A stretch of DNA of 24,299 nucleotides from Candidatus Iainarchaeum sp. (lineage in GTDB: Archaea; Iainarchaeota; Iainarchaeia; Iainarchaeales; DTGL01): NCBI GenBank assembly GCA_038736825.1, contig JAVYME010000018.1:1-24299 (forward strand), written 5' to 3'. Positions 17,712 to 24,299 of the stretch are shown here, piece after piece. Position 1 is the stretch's first letter. Every line of letters begins with the position of its first letter. The notes beneath the pieces were generated by a model. It was not told where the DNA came from. It made no database searches and was given only the letters and a program-made list of their open reading frames with translations. A program made the position numbers and the translations under genes.

Positions 17712-18548
17712 TCAGTCTTTTATCACTTGGCACTTGCAGTTCTCATAATTAATATTCAGGCTATCGAGAAATTGTCTTTCTGCATTATAATTAAAGCAAT
17801 TTTTACAACGTAGCTTTACATCCTTCAGTTTTTTAATCTCCAATAGATACTCTAAAGAATTTTCCTGTAAATTGGCGTCAACAAATATCTCACACCCAGT
17901 TAGTTTTTCTTCTTGCCGAACTGAGTATATGGGAGTGCCAGTCTCTGAGTTTTTTTCAATTCTTACTTTAATTGAATTGTTTGAATATTTTTGACCAATA
18001 CAATCTCGCTCTCCCGTGAAAATTCCGCTCTTTTCTGATACTTCTTCACTTCTAAGTATCCCTGTCAGGAATCCATTTGTTTTAATTAAATTAAACAGGC
18101 TGCCGAACTTCAATTCCCCTCTCAAGCCTTCATAGTAGTTTGGGTATGGTGCATAACTGGAACCAAAGACAAATGCCTCGTTTCCGAGGACCTTTCTTTC
18201 ACTTTTGATTAGCCTGGTGCCCCCAACTGACGAAAAAGGAACATGGATATCTCTATAGGTGTTTTTCACAAACACGTAGTGGTCTTGTCCGCCCACTTTG
18301 CTTGAAACATATAGGCAGACTGTCCAATCTGGCCCCCCATAAACATCACAGCGAACTTTTTTGCCAAAATTTTCAAAAATTTTCTCTACCTCGTCGGGTT
18401 CTAAATACTTGCATTCAGTAATCAGTCCGCAGAACTCCTTGAATTCTTTCGGCAGGTTTTCATGAGGTATTGTGGATTTTGCGCGTAATTGCTCATATTT
18501 GACAATATCAAGAACAATTATGGCAAAAACAAAGATCGGGATTAGCAT
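17712..18548 (-). CDS. hypothetical N-terminally membrane-anchored, Cys-rich protein (no family recognised)
   Basis: ATG 18548 gives MLIPIFVFAIIVLDIV, a signal anchor, followed by a ~255 aa hydrophilic domain. The domain has 10 Cys, including CxxC (RCKNC) and CxC (NCKC) near the C-terminus. The long uninterrupted ORF sits in its own intergenic context. I recognise no motifs. Confidence 0.6.
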   Translation of the reverse strand: MLIPIFVFAIIVLDIVKYEQLRAKSTIPHENLPKEFKEFCGLITECKYLEPDEVEKIFENFGKKVRCDVYGGPDWTVCLYVSSKVGGQDHYVFVKNTYRDIHVPFSSVGGTRLIKSERKVLGNEAFVFGSSYAPYPNYYEGLRGELKFGSLFNLIKTNGFLTGILRSEEVSEKSGIFTGERDCIGQKYSNNSIKVRIEKNSETGTPIYSVRQEEKLTGCEIFVDANLQENSLEYLLEIKKLKDVKLRCKNCFNYNAERQFLDSLNINYENCKCQVIKD

Positions 18549-18605
18549 TACTGTGGCCAAAAGAAATTTCTTGTCCCGGGAAAAAAATTCTGATTTGATA
18601 AATGC

Positions 18606-19553
18606 TCACCGCAGCATTTCTATTAGTGAAACGAATTTTTTGCCTTCCAAGGCGGCTTCCCTCACCATTTGCCTCACAAATTTGTCTGGAGGGAAAACTC
18701 CTTTTTCGCAAATTATTGCTTTAACAAGTTCAGGCTCAGTGATATCAAATGCTGGATTCCTTATTTCCAGTTTTGGAAGCCTTTCACTCCACACTTCGCG
18801 CTTTGACCTTTCCTCTATTTTTTCCTCTGCGCCAAAGAAGGTGGCTGCATCAAATGCTTGAGAGTTTGTTGCAACATAGTGTGGCACGCCGGCTTTTTTT
18901 GCAGCCAGCGATATTTGGGAAGTGCCAATCTTGTTAATGACTGCCCCGTTTGCAATTATTGCATCAGCGCCTGTGAGAAAAGCATCGCATTTTCCAATGA
19001 ACGAACGTGCTGCTGAATCCACAATCATTGTGCAAGGCACTCCTGCCCTGGCAAGATTGCGTGCAGTAATCCTGCCCTGAAATTTTGGCCTTGTTTCTGT
19101 TAAAAAAACGTGTTCAAGGCTTTTGCGCTTGTGCATTTCAAGCAGTATGCCCTCAACGGTGTGTGAATGGCAGTGAGTGAAGATTTTAGGGCAATGCCTT
19201 AATTTTTCTGCACCCAGTTCTGCGATTCTGCGCATTGCTTTTTTTCTTTTTTCCTCGAATTCGTCGCATTCCCTTGCAATTTCCCTTTTCAATTCGCTAA
19301 GCGGCAGGTTTTTCATTGAGGTTTTAAGCAACACTGTTAAAGCGTTTCTTGTTTCAGGCTCTGTTGGTCTGGCGTTTGCCAGCAATTGCATTGCTTTTTT
19401 TAGTTCTCGCCGGAATTCTTCAACATTTTTTGCTTTGCTTTTTTCTGCAATGCTTTTTATTGCCAGTATGGTTGCTCGGCGCACTTGGGAGGCGCCCTGT
19501 ATTTTTAGCGATTTTATTTCTTTGACTGTTTTTAACAGGTTTTTGTCTGGCAT
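18606..19553 (-). CDS. eIF-2B alpha/beta/delta-family protein, ribose-1,5-bisphosphate isomerase-like
   Basis: Family motifs are present: IQGASQV, IFTHCHSHTV, VFLTETRPKFQGR, DSAA, LTGADAIIANGAVINKIGT, PHYVA. The Cys in THCHS and the Asp in GADAI sit where the catalytic Cys/Asp of R15P and MTR-1-P isomerases lie. Confidence 0.75.
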   Translation of the reverse strand: MPDKNLLKTVKEIKSLKIQGASQVRRATILAIKSIAEKSKAKNVEEFRRELKKAMQLLANARPTEPETRNALTVLLKTSMKNLPLSELKREIARECDEFEEKRKKAMRRIAELGAEKLRHCPKIFTHCHSHTVEGILLEMHKRKSLEHVFLTETRPKFQGRITARNLARAGVPCTMIVDSAARSFIGKCDAFLTGADAIIANGAVINKIGTSQISLAAKKAGVPHYVATNSQAFDAATFFGAEEKIEERSKREVWSERLPKLEIRNPAFDITEPELVKAIICEKGVFPPDKFVRQMVREAALEGKKFVSLIEMLR

Positions 19554-19577
19554 AAAAACCAGAAATATTACAGAAAC

Positions 19578-19592
19578 AGAGAATATAAACTT
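19578..19592 (-). promoter_or_regulatory. candidate TATA box for the eIF-2B-family gene
   Basis: The minus strand reads GTTTATATTC, centred ~32 nt upstream of ATG 19553. That is compatible with a very short leader. Confidence 0.3.
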
Positions 19593-19890
19593 ATGTTGAG
19601 TGTCTTTTCGCGCCAGTCATTCTTTCCATTAATGTTGCTGGCTCGTTTGTGAAAAGCAGTTTAAAGACTGTTTTGCCTTCAGGTGTTTTCTTGGCAACTT
19701 CATTTAACTTTTTTTGTTGTTTCAAAACATTTGCTTTTTAATCCTTTTCTGGAGTTATTCTTATTAGCAGCCTTCTCGTTTTTTTGTTTTTTAGGGAAAG
19801 GCTTGGCAAGAGAAAAACAAAAGGTTTTAAACGTTTTTAAGGAAAAATCTTTTATTGTTTTAATTTTTTAACTGAAAGGGGTGCGCTTGC

Positions 19891-21090
19891 TTGGAGAGCA
19901 TGGTTAGAAAGGCCATTAAAAGGGTTCAATCCATGAGGGAAGAACCCTCAAGGCCAAGGGATGATTTTGAAAAAGACCAGTCAGTGAAAGAAATGGTTAG
20001 GGAAGCCATCAAGGATCCCAAGAAAAAAAAGCACAAAGGGCTTATTGAAAACCAAGAAGACTTGCAAAAAATGCTAGAGCTTTCAAGAGCCAAAATAAGA
20101 GTGGTTGGAGTTGGAGGAGGCGGTAGCAATACAGTGCAAAGAATGCACGAAATCGGCATTGCTGGAACTGAAACCATTGCAGTCAATACTGACGCTCAAG
20201 ACCTTCTCAACACTGAAGCTGACAAAAGAATATTGATTGGAAGGGAAACAACCAGGGGTTTAGGCTCTGGCTCTGATCCGAGCGTGGGCGAGGCTTCAGC
20301 AAAGGAAAGCGTTGAAGAGCTAACAGAACTATTGGGTGACTCAGACTTGCTGTTTATAACCTGTGGCTTGGGCGGTGGCACTGGCACTGGCGCAAGCCCA
20401 GTAATTGCAGAAATCGGAAAAGAAATGAAATGCCTTACAATTGCAATTGTTACCCTGCCATTCACTGTGGAAGGCAAGCGCAGAACAGAAAACGCGCTTG
20501 AAGGCTTGGCAAAACTTAGAGAGCACACGGACACGGTAATAGTGATTCCCAATGATAAAATCCTTGAAATTGCCCCTGACTTGCCAGTTAATGCTGCCTT
20601 TAAGGTTGCAGACGAAGTGCTCACAAACGCAGTCAAGGGCATCACTGAAATGGTTACAAAACCAGGACTGATAAACTTGGACTTTGCTGACCTGCGCACA
20701 ATATTGCGCAAGGGCGGAGCCGCAATGATTGGCTTGGGTGAAAGCCACAGCGAAGAAGCAAGCGATGCAAGGGCTTTAGAGGCTGTGGAAAATGCTTTAA
20801 CCTCGCCATTGCTTGACGTTGACATAAGCCATGCAAAGCGCGCTCTAGTGAATGTTGTGGGCGGCGCAGACATGACCTTAAGGGAAGCTGAAATGATTGT
20901 TGAAACCGTGAGCTCAAAAATCGACGCTGACGCACACATAATCTGGGGGGCAATGGTTGACTCGCAATTGCCAAAGAACCGCATTCAAGCAATGGTTGTG
21001 GTTGCCGGCGGCAGATTCCCATACCTTGACGATCTTGAAAAAGTGCAAACCGAAAAAGGCCTTGATTTGGGGATAAGATTCACAGGATAA
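19891..21090 (+). CDS. ftsZ: cell division GTPase FtsZ
   Basis: IRVVGVGGGGSNTV, the tubulin signature GLGGGTGTGASPVIA, NDKIL, and a C-terminal DLGI peptide. TTG 19891 has GGGGTG 7 nt upstream. The alternative ATG 19900 removes 3 aa. Confidence 0.93.
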   Translation: MESMVRKAIKRVQSMREEPSRPRDDFEKDQSVKEMVREAIKDPKKKKHKGLIENQEDLQKMLELSRAKIRVVGVGGGGSNTVQRMHEIGIAGTETIAVNTDAQDLLNTEADKRILIGRETTRGLGSGSDPSVGEASAKESVEELTELLGDSDLLFITCGLGGGTGTGASPVIAEIGKEMKCLTIAIVTLPFTVEGKRRTENALEGLAKLREHTDTVIVIPNDKILEIAPDLPVNAAFKVADEVLTNAVKGITEMVTKPGLINLDFADLRTILRKGGAAMIGLGESHSEEASDARALEAVENALTSPLLDVDISHAKRALVNVVGGADMTLREAEMIVETVSSKIDADAHIIWGAMVDSQLPKNRIQAMVVVAGGRFPYLDDLEKVQTEKGLDLGIRFTG

Positions 21091-21125
21091 TTTTTTCAAA
21101 AATAAAACTTGGTTGGTGGAAAAAA

Positions 21126-21290
21126 TTGCTGGAATCATGGAAAAGGATTTTTACAGTGAGCAAAAAGCCTGACTGGGAGGAATACAGGTTAATGCTGACA
21201 GTCACAGCCATTGGAATAATCATTATAGGCTTGATTGGCTTTGCAGTGCTATTGTTTTTCAGCATTACAGGGCTTGGAAGGCCTGCCTGA
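21126..21290 (+). CDS. secE: preprotein translocase subunit SecE (Sec61 gamma), 54 aa, not in ORF track
   Basis: My own translation is (M)LESWKRIFTVSKKPDWEEYRLMLTVTAIGIIIIGLIGFAVLLFFSITGLGRPA*. The KP-x-x-EE-Y motif followed by a single TM helix is the archaeal SecE pattern. GGTGGA lies 5 nt upstream of the TTG. Its position between ftsZ and spt5 matches conserved synteny. Confidence 0.6.
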   Translation: MLESWKRIFTVSKKPDWEEYRLMLTVTAIGIIIIGLIGFAVLLFFSITGLGRPA

Positions 21291-21382
21291 AAGCCCTCTT
21301 AGGAAAGGAATAAAAACATTCAATATCCTAAATTATAAGCCATTAACCACTGTTTATTGCATGGTTTGTTTGCGTGATTTGA

Positions 21383-21820
21383 ATGATTTTTTCTGTAAGG
21401 ACTACTGCCGGACAGGAAAGCTTGGTTGTAGACATGCTTCAAAAGAAAATGGAATCAGAACCACTGGCTGTCTACTCGCTAACAGTTTTTCCTGACTTGA
21501 AAGGCTATGTCTTGATAGAAGGAGACACAGAATTGACAGTGCGAAGAGCAATAAGCGACATTCCCCACATAAAAGGAAAAGGCATAGTGGGAGGCAACAT
21601 AAAAGTGGAAGAACTTGCATCACTATTAAAAGCCAAACCGTTAATGGAATCCATAAAAGAAGGGGAAAAAGTAAAAATAGTGAGTGGTCCACTCAAAGGA
21701 GAAAAAGCAAGAGTCATGAGGGTAAACGAAGCAAAGGAAGAGGTTACAGTGGAACTCCTTGAAGCAGCAGTCAAAATGCCTCTTACAATAAAAGCAGAAA
21801 ACATAAGAGTGCTCAAATAG
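21383..21820 (+). CDS. spt5: transcription elongation factor Spt5 (archaeal NusG)
   Basis: NGN domain MIFSVRTTAGQE...GYVLIE and KOW motif KVKIVSGPLKGEKARVMRV. It sits in the conserved position upstream of L11. Confidence 0.85.
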   Translation: MIFSVRTTAGQESLVVDMLQKKMESEPLAVYSLTVFPDLKGYVLIEGDTELTVRRAISDIPHIKGKGIVGGNIKVEELASLLKAKPLMESIKEGEKVKIVSGPLKGEKARVMRVNEAKEEVTVELLEAAVKMPLTIKAENIRVLK

Positions 21821-21833
21821 GAAAGGTGAATTT

Positions 21834-22307
21834 ATGCCAACAATTAGCGTAATGGTGGAAGGCGGAAAGGCTTCAGCCGGCGCCCCACTCGGTCCAGCAC
21901 TGGGGCCACTTGGAATAAACATTGGAGAAGTAATAAAACAAATAAACGAGCAAACAAAAGATTTTGCAGGAATGAAAGTTCCAGTAAAAGTTGTTGTAGA
22001 TTCAGCAAAAAAAACCTTTGAAGTGCAAGTGGGCTCTCCGCCAATGAGCGCCCTAATAAAAAAAGAAGCAGGCCTAGAAAAAGCCTCAAAAGACTCCAAA
22101 AGAGAATTCGCTGGCAACATTTCCTTTTCACAAGCAGTAAGCATTGCAAAAAAGAAAGCCGCAAGCCTTACATCCTACAACCTCAAAAGCAACGTAAAAG
22201 AAGTTTTAGGCACTTGCAATGCAATGGGCATAACAGTTGAAGGAAAGCGAGGCAGCGAAATAATCGCAGAAATAGACGCAGGCAAATACGATGCGCAACT
22301 AAAATAG
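21834..22307 (+). CDS. rpl11: 50S ribosomal protein L11 (uL11)
   Basis: VEGGKASAGAPLGPALGPLGINIGEV is the uL11 signature. AGGTGA lies at 21824-21829. Confidence 0.93.
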   Translation: MPTISVMVEGGKASAGAPLGPALGPLGINIGEVIKQINEQTKDFAGMKVPVKVVVDSAKKTFEVQVGSPPMSALIKKEAGLEKASKDSKREFAGNISFSQAVSIAKKKAASLTSYNLKSNVKEVLGTCNAMGITVEGKRGSEIIAEIDAGKYDAQLK

Positions 22308-22349
22308 TCATTACCTCAAACAATCAAGCATAAAACAGTCTTTGAACAG

Positions 22350-22371
22350 TTTTTTTTGCAGGAACCTGCAA
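22350..22371 (+). terminator. T8 tract plus perfect 7-bp palindrome downstream of L11
   Basis: T8 lies at 22350-22357. It overlaps TTGCAGG-AA-CCTGCAA (22356-22371), a perfect inverted repeat with a 2-nt spacer. It lies 43 nt after the L11 stop. Confidence 0.35.
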
Positions 22372-22387
22372 ACAGAAGATTATTAAA

Positions 22388-22410
22388 CGTTTATTAAAAA
22401 AGAATATATT
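22388..22410 (+). promoter_or_regulatory. candidate BRE/TATA promoter of the L1-P0-P1 operon
   Basis: CGTTTATTAAAAAAGAATATATT lies ~60-80 nt upstream of the L1 ATG. Separate L1-L10-L12 transcription is known from Methanococcus. Confidence 0.35.
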
Positions 22411-22418
22411 GTAAAGCC

Positions 22419-22441
22419 GCCAAAAGTTAACCTATTTTGGC
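22419..22441 (+). promoter_or_regulatory. leader hairpin upstream of L1 (possible L1 autoregulatory site)
   Basis: GCCAAAA (22419-22425) pairs with TTTTGGC (22435-22441). The 9-nt loop GTTAACCTA lies between the putative TATA and the GGAGG SD. Confidence 0.25.
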
Positions 22442-22468
22442 ACTACTGCTTAATGCAGGAGGCTTTAG

Positions 22469-23119
22469 ATGCAAAAAGGACAGGTTTTAACCGCTTTAAG
22501 CAAGCTCGAGGCAGATTCGCCAAAACGCAATTTTGAGCAATCAGTGGAACTAATAATTACCTTTAAAGACCTTGACCTCAAAAAACCAGGCAGCATAATA
22601 GACTTAAAAGTAGACATGCCTTATTCAACAGGCAAAGGAGAGGGAAAGGCATTATTGTTTGCAACCAGCAAACCATTCGCTGATTCAGTGAAAAACCTTT
22701 TTTCAAGAATAGTTTTTGAAGAAGAAATCGCAAAAATGAAGAAAAAAGAAATTTCAGAACTCTTGGGTTTCGATGTATTGCTTGCCGAAGGCCCAGTAAT
22801 GATTGCAGTCGGAAAATACCTTGGACAGGAATTGGCACCAAAAGGCAAAATGCCAAAGCCAATACCCCAAGACCCAATGCTGGTTAAAAGCGAACTCGAA
22901 AAACTTAAAGCCGGAATTAGAGTCACAAACAGAAAAGGCAAAGGCATTCCAATGGTGCAAGTGCTTGTGGGAAAGGAAAGCATGAAGCCAGAGGAACTCG
23001 CAGAGAACATTTTAAAAGTTTACTCGGAAGTTGAAAAGGCTTTACCAAAACAAAAACACAACATAAAAGCAGTTAGAATCAAAAAAACAATGGGGCCTGT
23101 TGTAAAAATAGAGTTTTAA
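22469..23119 (+). CDS. rpl1: 50S ribosomal protein L1 (uL1)
   Basis: KRNFEQSVELIITFKDLDLKKP, GKMPKP and VRIKKTMGP are present. GGAGG lies 6 nt upstream of the ATG. Confidence 0.92.
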   Translation: MQKGQVLTALSKLEADSPKRNFEQSVELIITFKDLDLKKPGSIIDLKVDMPYSTGKGEGKALLFATSKPFADSVKNLFSRIVFEEEIAKMKKKEISELLGFDVLLAEGPVMIAVGKYLGQELAPKGKMPKPIPQDPMLVKSELEKLKAGIRVTNRKGKGIPMVQVLVGKESMKPEELAENILKVYSEVEKALPKQKHNIKAVRIKKTMGPVVKIEF

Positions 23120-23131
23120 AAGGTGCTTTTA

Positions 23132-23980
23132 ATGGTAAAAACTCACACCAAAAAATGGAAGGAAAAAGAACTAGCCGAGATTGAAGCACTCATGGCTGGC
23201 TCGAGAGTCATAGCAGTTGCAGAAATATCACGCTTTCCATCCGATCTTTTTTCAGAAATAAGAAAAAAACTTGCAGGAAAGGCCAAAATAAGGGTTACAA
23301 AGACAAGAGTGGCACTCAAAGCATTAAAAGCCTCCAAATTCAAAGGTTTGGGCTTGGAAAACTCCTTCAAGGGCTCAGTGGCACTAATATTCACTGAAAT
23401 GGACCCCTTTGAATTATACCTTTTGCTGAAAAGCTGCAAAGGCAGAGCCCCAGTAAAAGCAGGCATGATTGCAGAAAGCGACATTATAGTGCCAGCAGGC
23501 GACACAGGACTGCCACCAGGACCAGACTTGGCAGACTTAAAAAACGCTGGCTTAAAGGTTAAATTGCAAGGCGCATCAATAAAAATTTCAGAGGACTCGC
23601 CTGTTGCAAAAAAAGGAGAAATAATAACAGAAGCTGTTGCAAAAGCACTGGCAAAACTGGACATCAAGCCGCTTGAAATAGGCTTAAAAATAACTGCAGC
23701 ACTAGACGGCCAACAGTTTTATTCTGAAAGCGTTCTCAACATAGACTTGGATGAAACAATAAGGCAAATAATGTCCGCCTACAATAGCGCGCTCAATCTT
23801 TCAGTGAACATAGAATTCCCCACCAAAGAAAACATTGAAATCTTGATTGCAAAAAGCTATAGGGAAGCAAAAAGCGTTGCATTGGAGGCAAAATTCCCAT
23901 GCAAAGCCACAGAAGGCGAAATAAAGCAAGAAACACAAACTGAAGCAAAAAACGAAGAAACACCAAAAGAAAGTGCTTGA
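23132..23980 (+). CDS. rplP0: ribosomal stalk protein P0 (uL10), short form
   Basis: WKEKELAEIEAL, FSEIRKKL, GDTGLPPGP and the FPTKENIEILIAKSYREAKSVALEA spine-helix motif are present. AGGTG lies 6 nt before ATG 23132. The ORF-track start 23123 is a GTG. Confidence 0.88.
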   Translation: MVKTHTKKWKEKELAEIEALMAGSRVIAVAEISRFPSDLFSEIRKKLAGKAKIRVTKTRVALKALKASKFKGLGLENSFKGSVALIFTEMDPFELYLLLKSCKGRAPVKAGMIAESDIIVPAGDTGLPPGPDLADLKNAGLKVKLQGASIKISEDSPVAKKGEIITEAVAKALAKLDIKPLEIGLKITAALDGQQFYSESVLNIDLDETIRQIMSAYNSALNLSVNIEFPTKENIEILIAKSYREAKSVALEAKFPCKATEGEIKQETQTEAKNEETPKESA

Positions 23981-24010
23981 AAAACATGCTTGTAATTGAG
24001 AGGTGAAAAA

Positions 24011-24299
24011 ATGGAATACATCTATTCCGCAATGCTGTTGCATTCCGCTGGAAAGGAAATCAACGAAAACACAGTGAAAGCAGTTCTTGAATCCGCTGGA
24101 GTTGAAGTTGATTCAGGCAAAATAAAGGCTTTGATTGCAGCACTCAAGAACGTCAACATAGACGAAGCAATAGCAAAAGCAGCAGTAGCCCAGGTTGCAG
24201 CACCAGCAGGAACCACAAGTGGCACTGAGAAAAAAACCGAAACCAAGGAAGAAGAAAGCAAGACAGAGGAAGAAGCAGCACAAGGCTTGAGCGCATTAT
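24011..24299 (+). CDS. rpl12: ribosomal stalk protein P1 (archaeal L12), 3' end cut by window edge; not in ORF track
   Basis: My own translation is [58 protein letters not shown]...[17 protein letters not shown]. This is the canonical archaeal L12/P1 pattern. GAGGTGA lies at 23999-24005. Confidence 0.88.
   Translation, partial: MEYIYSAMLLHSAGKEINENTVKAVLESAGVEVDSGKIKALIAALKNVNIDEAIAKAAVAQVAAPAGTTSGTEKKTETKEEESKTEEEAAQGLSAL

Noticed and set aside
19683-19871. 62-aa ORF (GTG start) in the eIF-2B-family/ftsZ intergenic region, hydrophobic and Phe/Leu-rich.
   Set aside because: It has no SD motif and a non-ATG start. Its composition simply mirrors the T-rich spacer. It may be part of an ftsZ leader or promoter region instead, and the region is kept only as a finding about the spacer.
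19554-19890. Possible replication origin in the long AT-rich spacer next to ftsZ.
   Set aside because: I found no orc1/cdc6 gene adjacent and no repeated ORB or mini-ORB-like elements. The nearest look-alikes, TTTCCATTAATG and TTCTGGAGTT, do not match the ORB core and are not repeated.
20196-20984. 262-aa ORF antisense to ftsZ, and similar long antisense ORFs at 10124-10714, 14077-14802, 5175-5780, 9097-9684, 2810-3262, 21641-22144 and 23143-23667.
   Set aside because: Each lies entirely inside a confidently identified gene on the other strand. Their products are low-complexity Ser/Phe/Leu-rich sequences with no motifs. These are shadow ORFs expected from the codon bias of an AT-rich genome.
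21235-21495. 86-aa ORF spanning the secE 3' end, the spacer and the spt5 5' end.
   Set aside because: It overlaps two well-supported genes in other frames. It is Cys/Leu-rich with no motif and no SD.
1-24299. Searched by eye for CRISPR repeats, IS or transposase ends, integrases, tRNA/rRNA genes, C/D-box sRNAs (RUGAUGA...CUGA) and defence-type genes (nucleases, ATPases, toxin-antitoxin pairs).
   Set aside because: None found. Every large ORF is accounted for by housekeeping or metabolic families apart from the single orphan protein. Intergenic regions contain no direct repeat arrays and no tRNA-like T-loop sequences.

Overview
Gene-dense, low-GC (about 40% by eye) chromosomal segment that is clearly archaeal: it carries GatE, Spt5, SecE, P0/P1 stalk proteins and a PGI/PMI-type isomerase. 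The compactness and Lys-rich proteins suggest a small-genome, DPANN-like lineage, but that is inference only.

There are three blocks.

(1) 1-12.5 kb is a de novo purine cluster. It runs purF, a PurS-PurS-PurL fusion, purQ and purM; then purN on the opposite strand; then a HAD phosphatase, purC, a class-II-like purE, folD, purH and a small Cys/His protein.

(2) 12.5-19.6 kb lies on the minus strand. It holds an eIF-2B-family ribose-1,5-bisphosphate-isomerase-like gene and an orphan Cys-rich membrane-anchored protein. These are followed by gatE, PGI/PMI, a ROK-kinase::Nudix fusion and a PHP phosphoesterase. The first three of those four are joined by ATGA stop/start overlaps.

(3) 19.9-24.3 kb is the conserved archaeal ftsZ-secE-spt5-L11 | L1-P0-P1 cluster. 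The P1 gene runs off the window end.

Many genes are preceded by a GGTGA/GGAGG Shine-Dalgarno motif 4-8 nt upstream. I used this to correct several over-extended ORF-track starts and to recover secE (54 aa, TTG start) and the 3'-truncated P1 gene, both absent from the track.

I see no rRNA or tRNA genes, no CRISPR array, no transposase or integrase, and no recognisable defence genes. I do not see a convincing complete new multi-gene system. The best leads are unusual architectures:
- the tandem PurS-PurL fusion;
- the PAICS-like purC/class-II purE pair;
- a HAD phosphatase with a very basic tail inside the pur cluster;
- the ROK::Nudix fusion near a ribose-1,5-bisphosphate-isomerase-like gene;
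- a lower-GC orphan Cys-rich surface protein;
- a shortened P0 stalk protein;
- one unusually long structured intergenic region.

All functional calls come from motif recognition by eye. No database searches were run.
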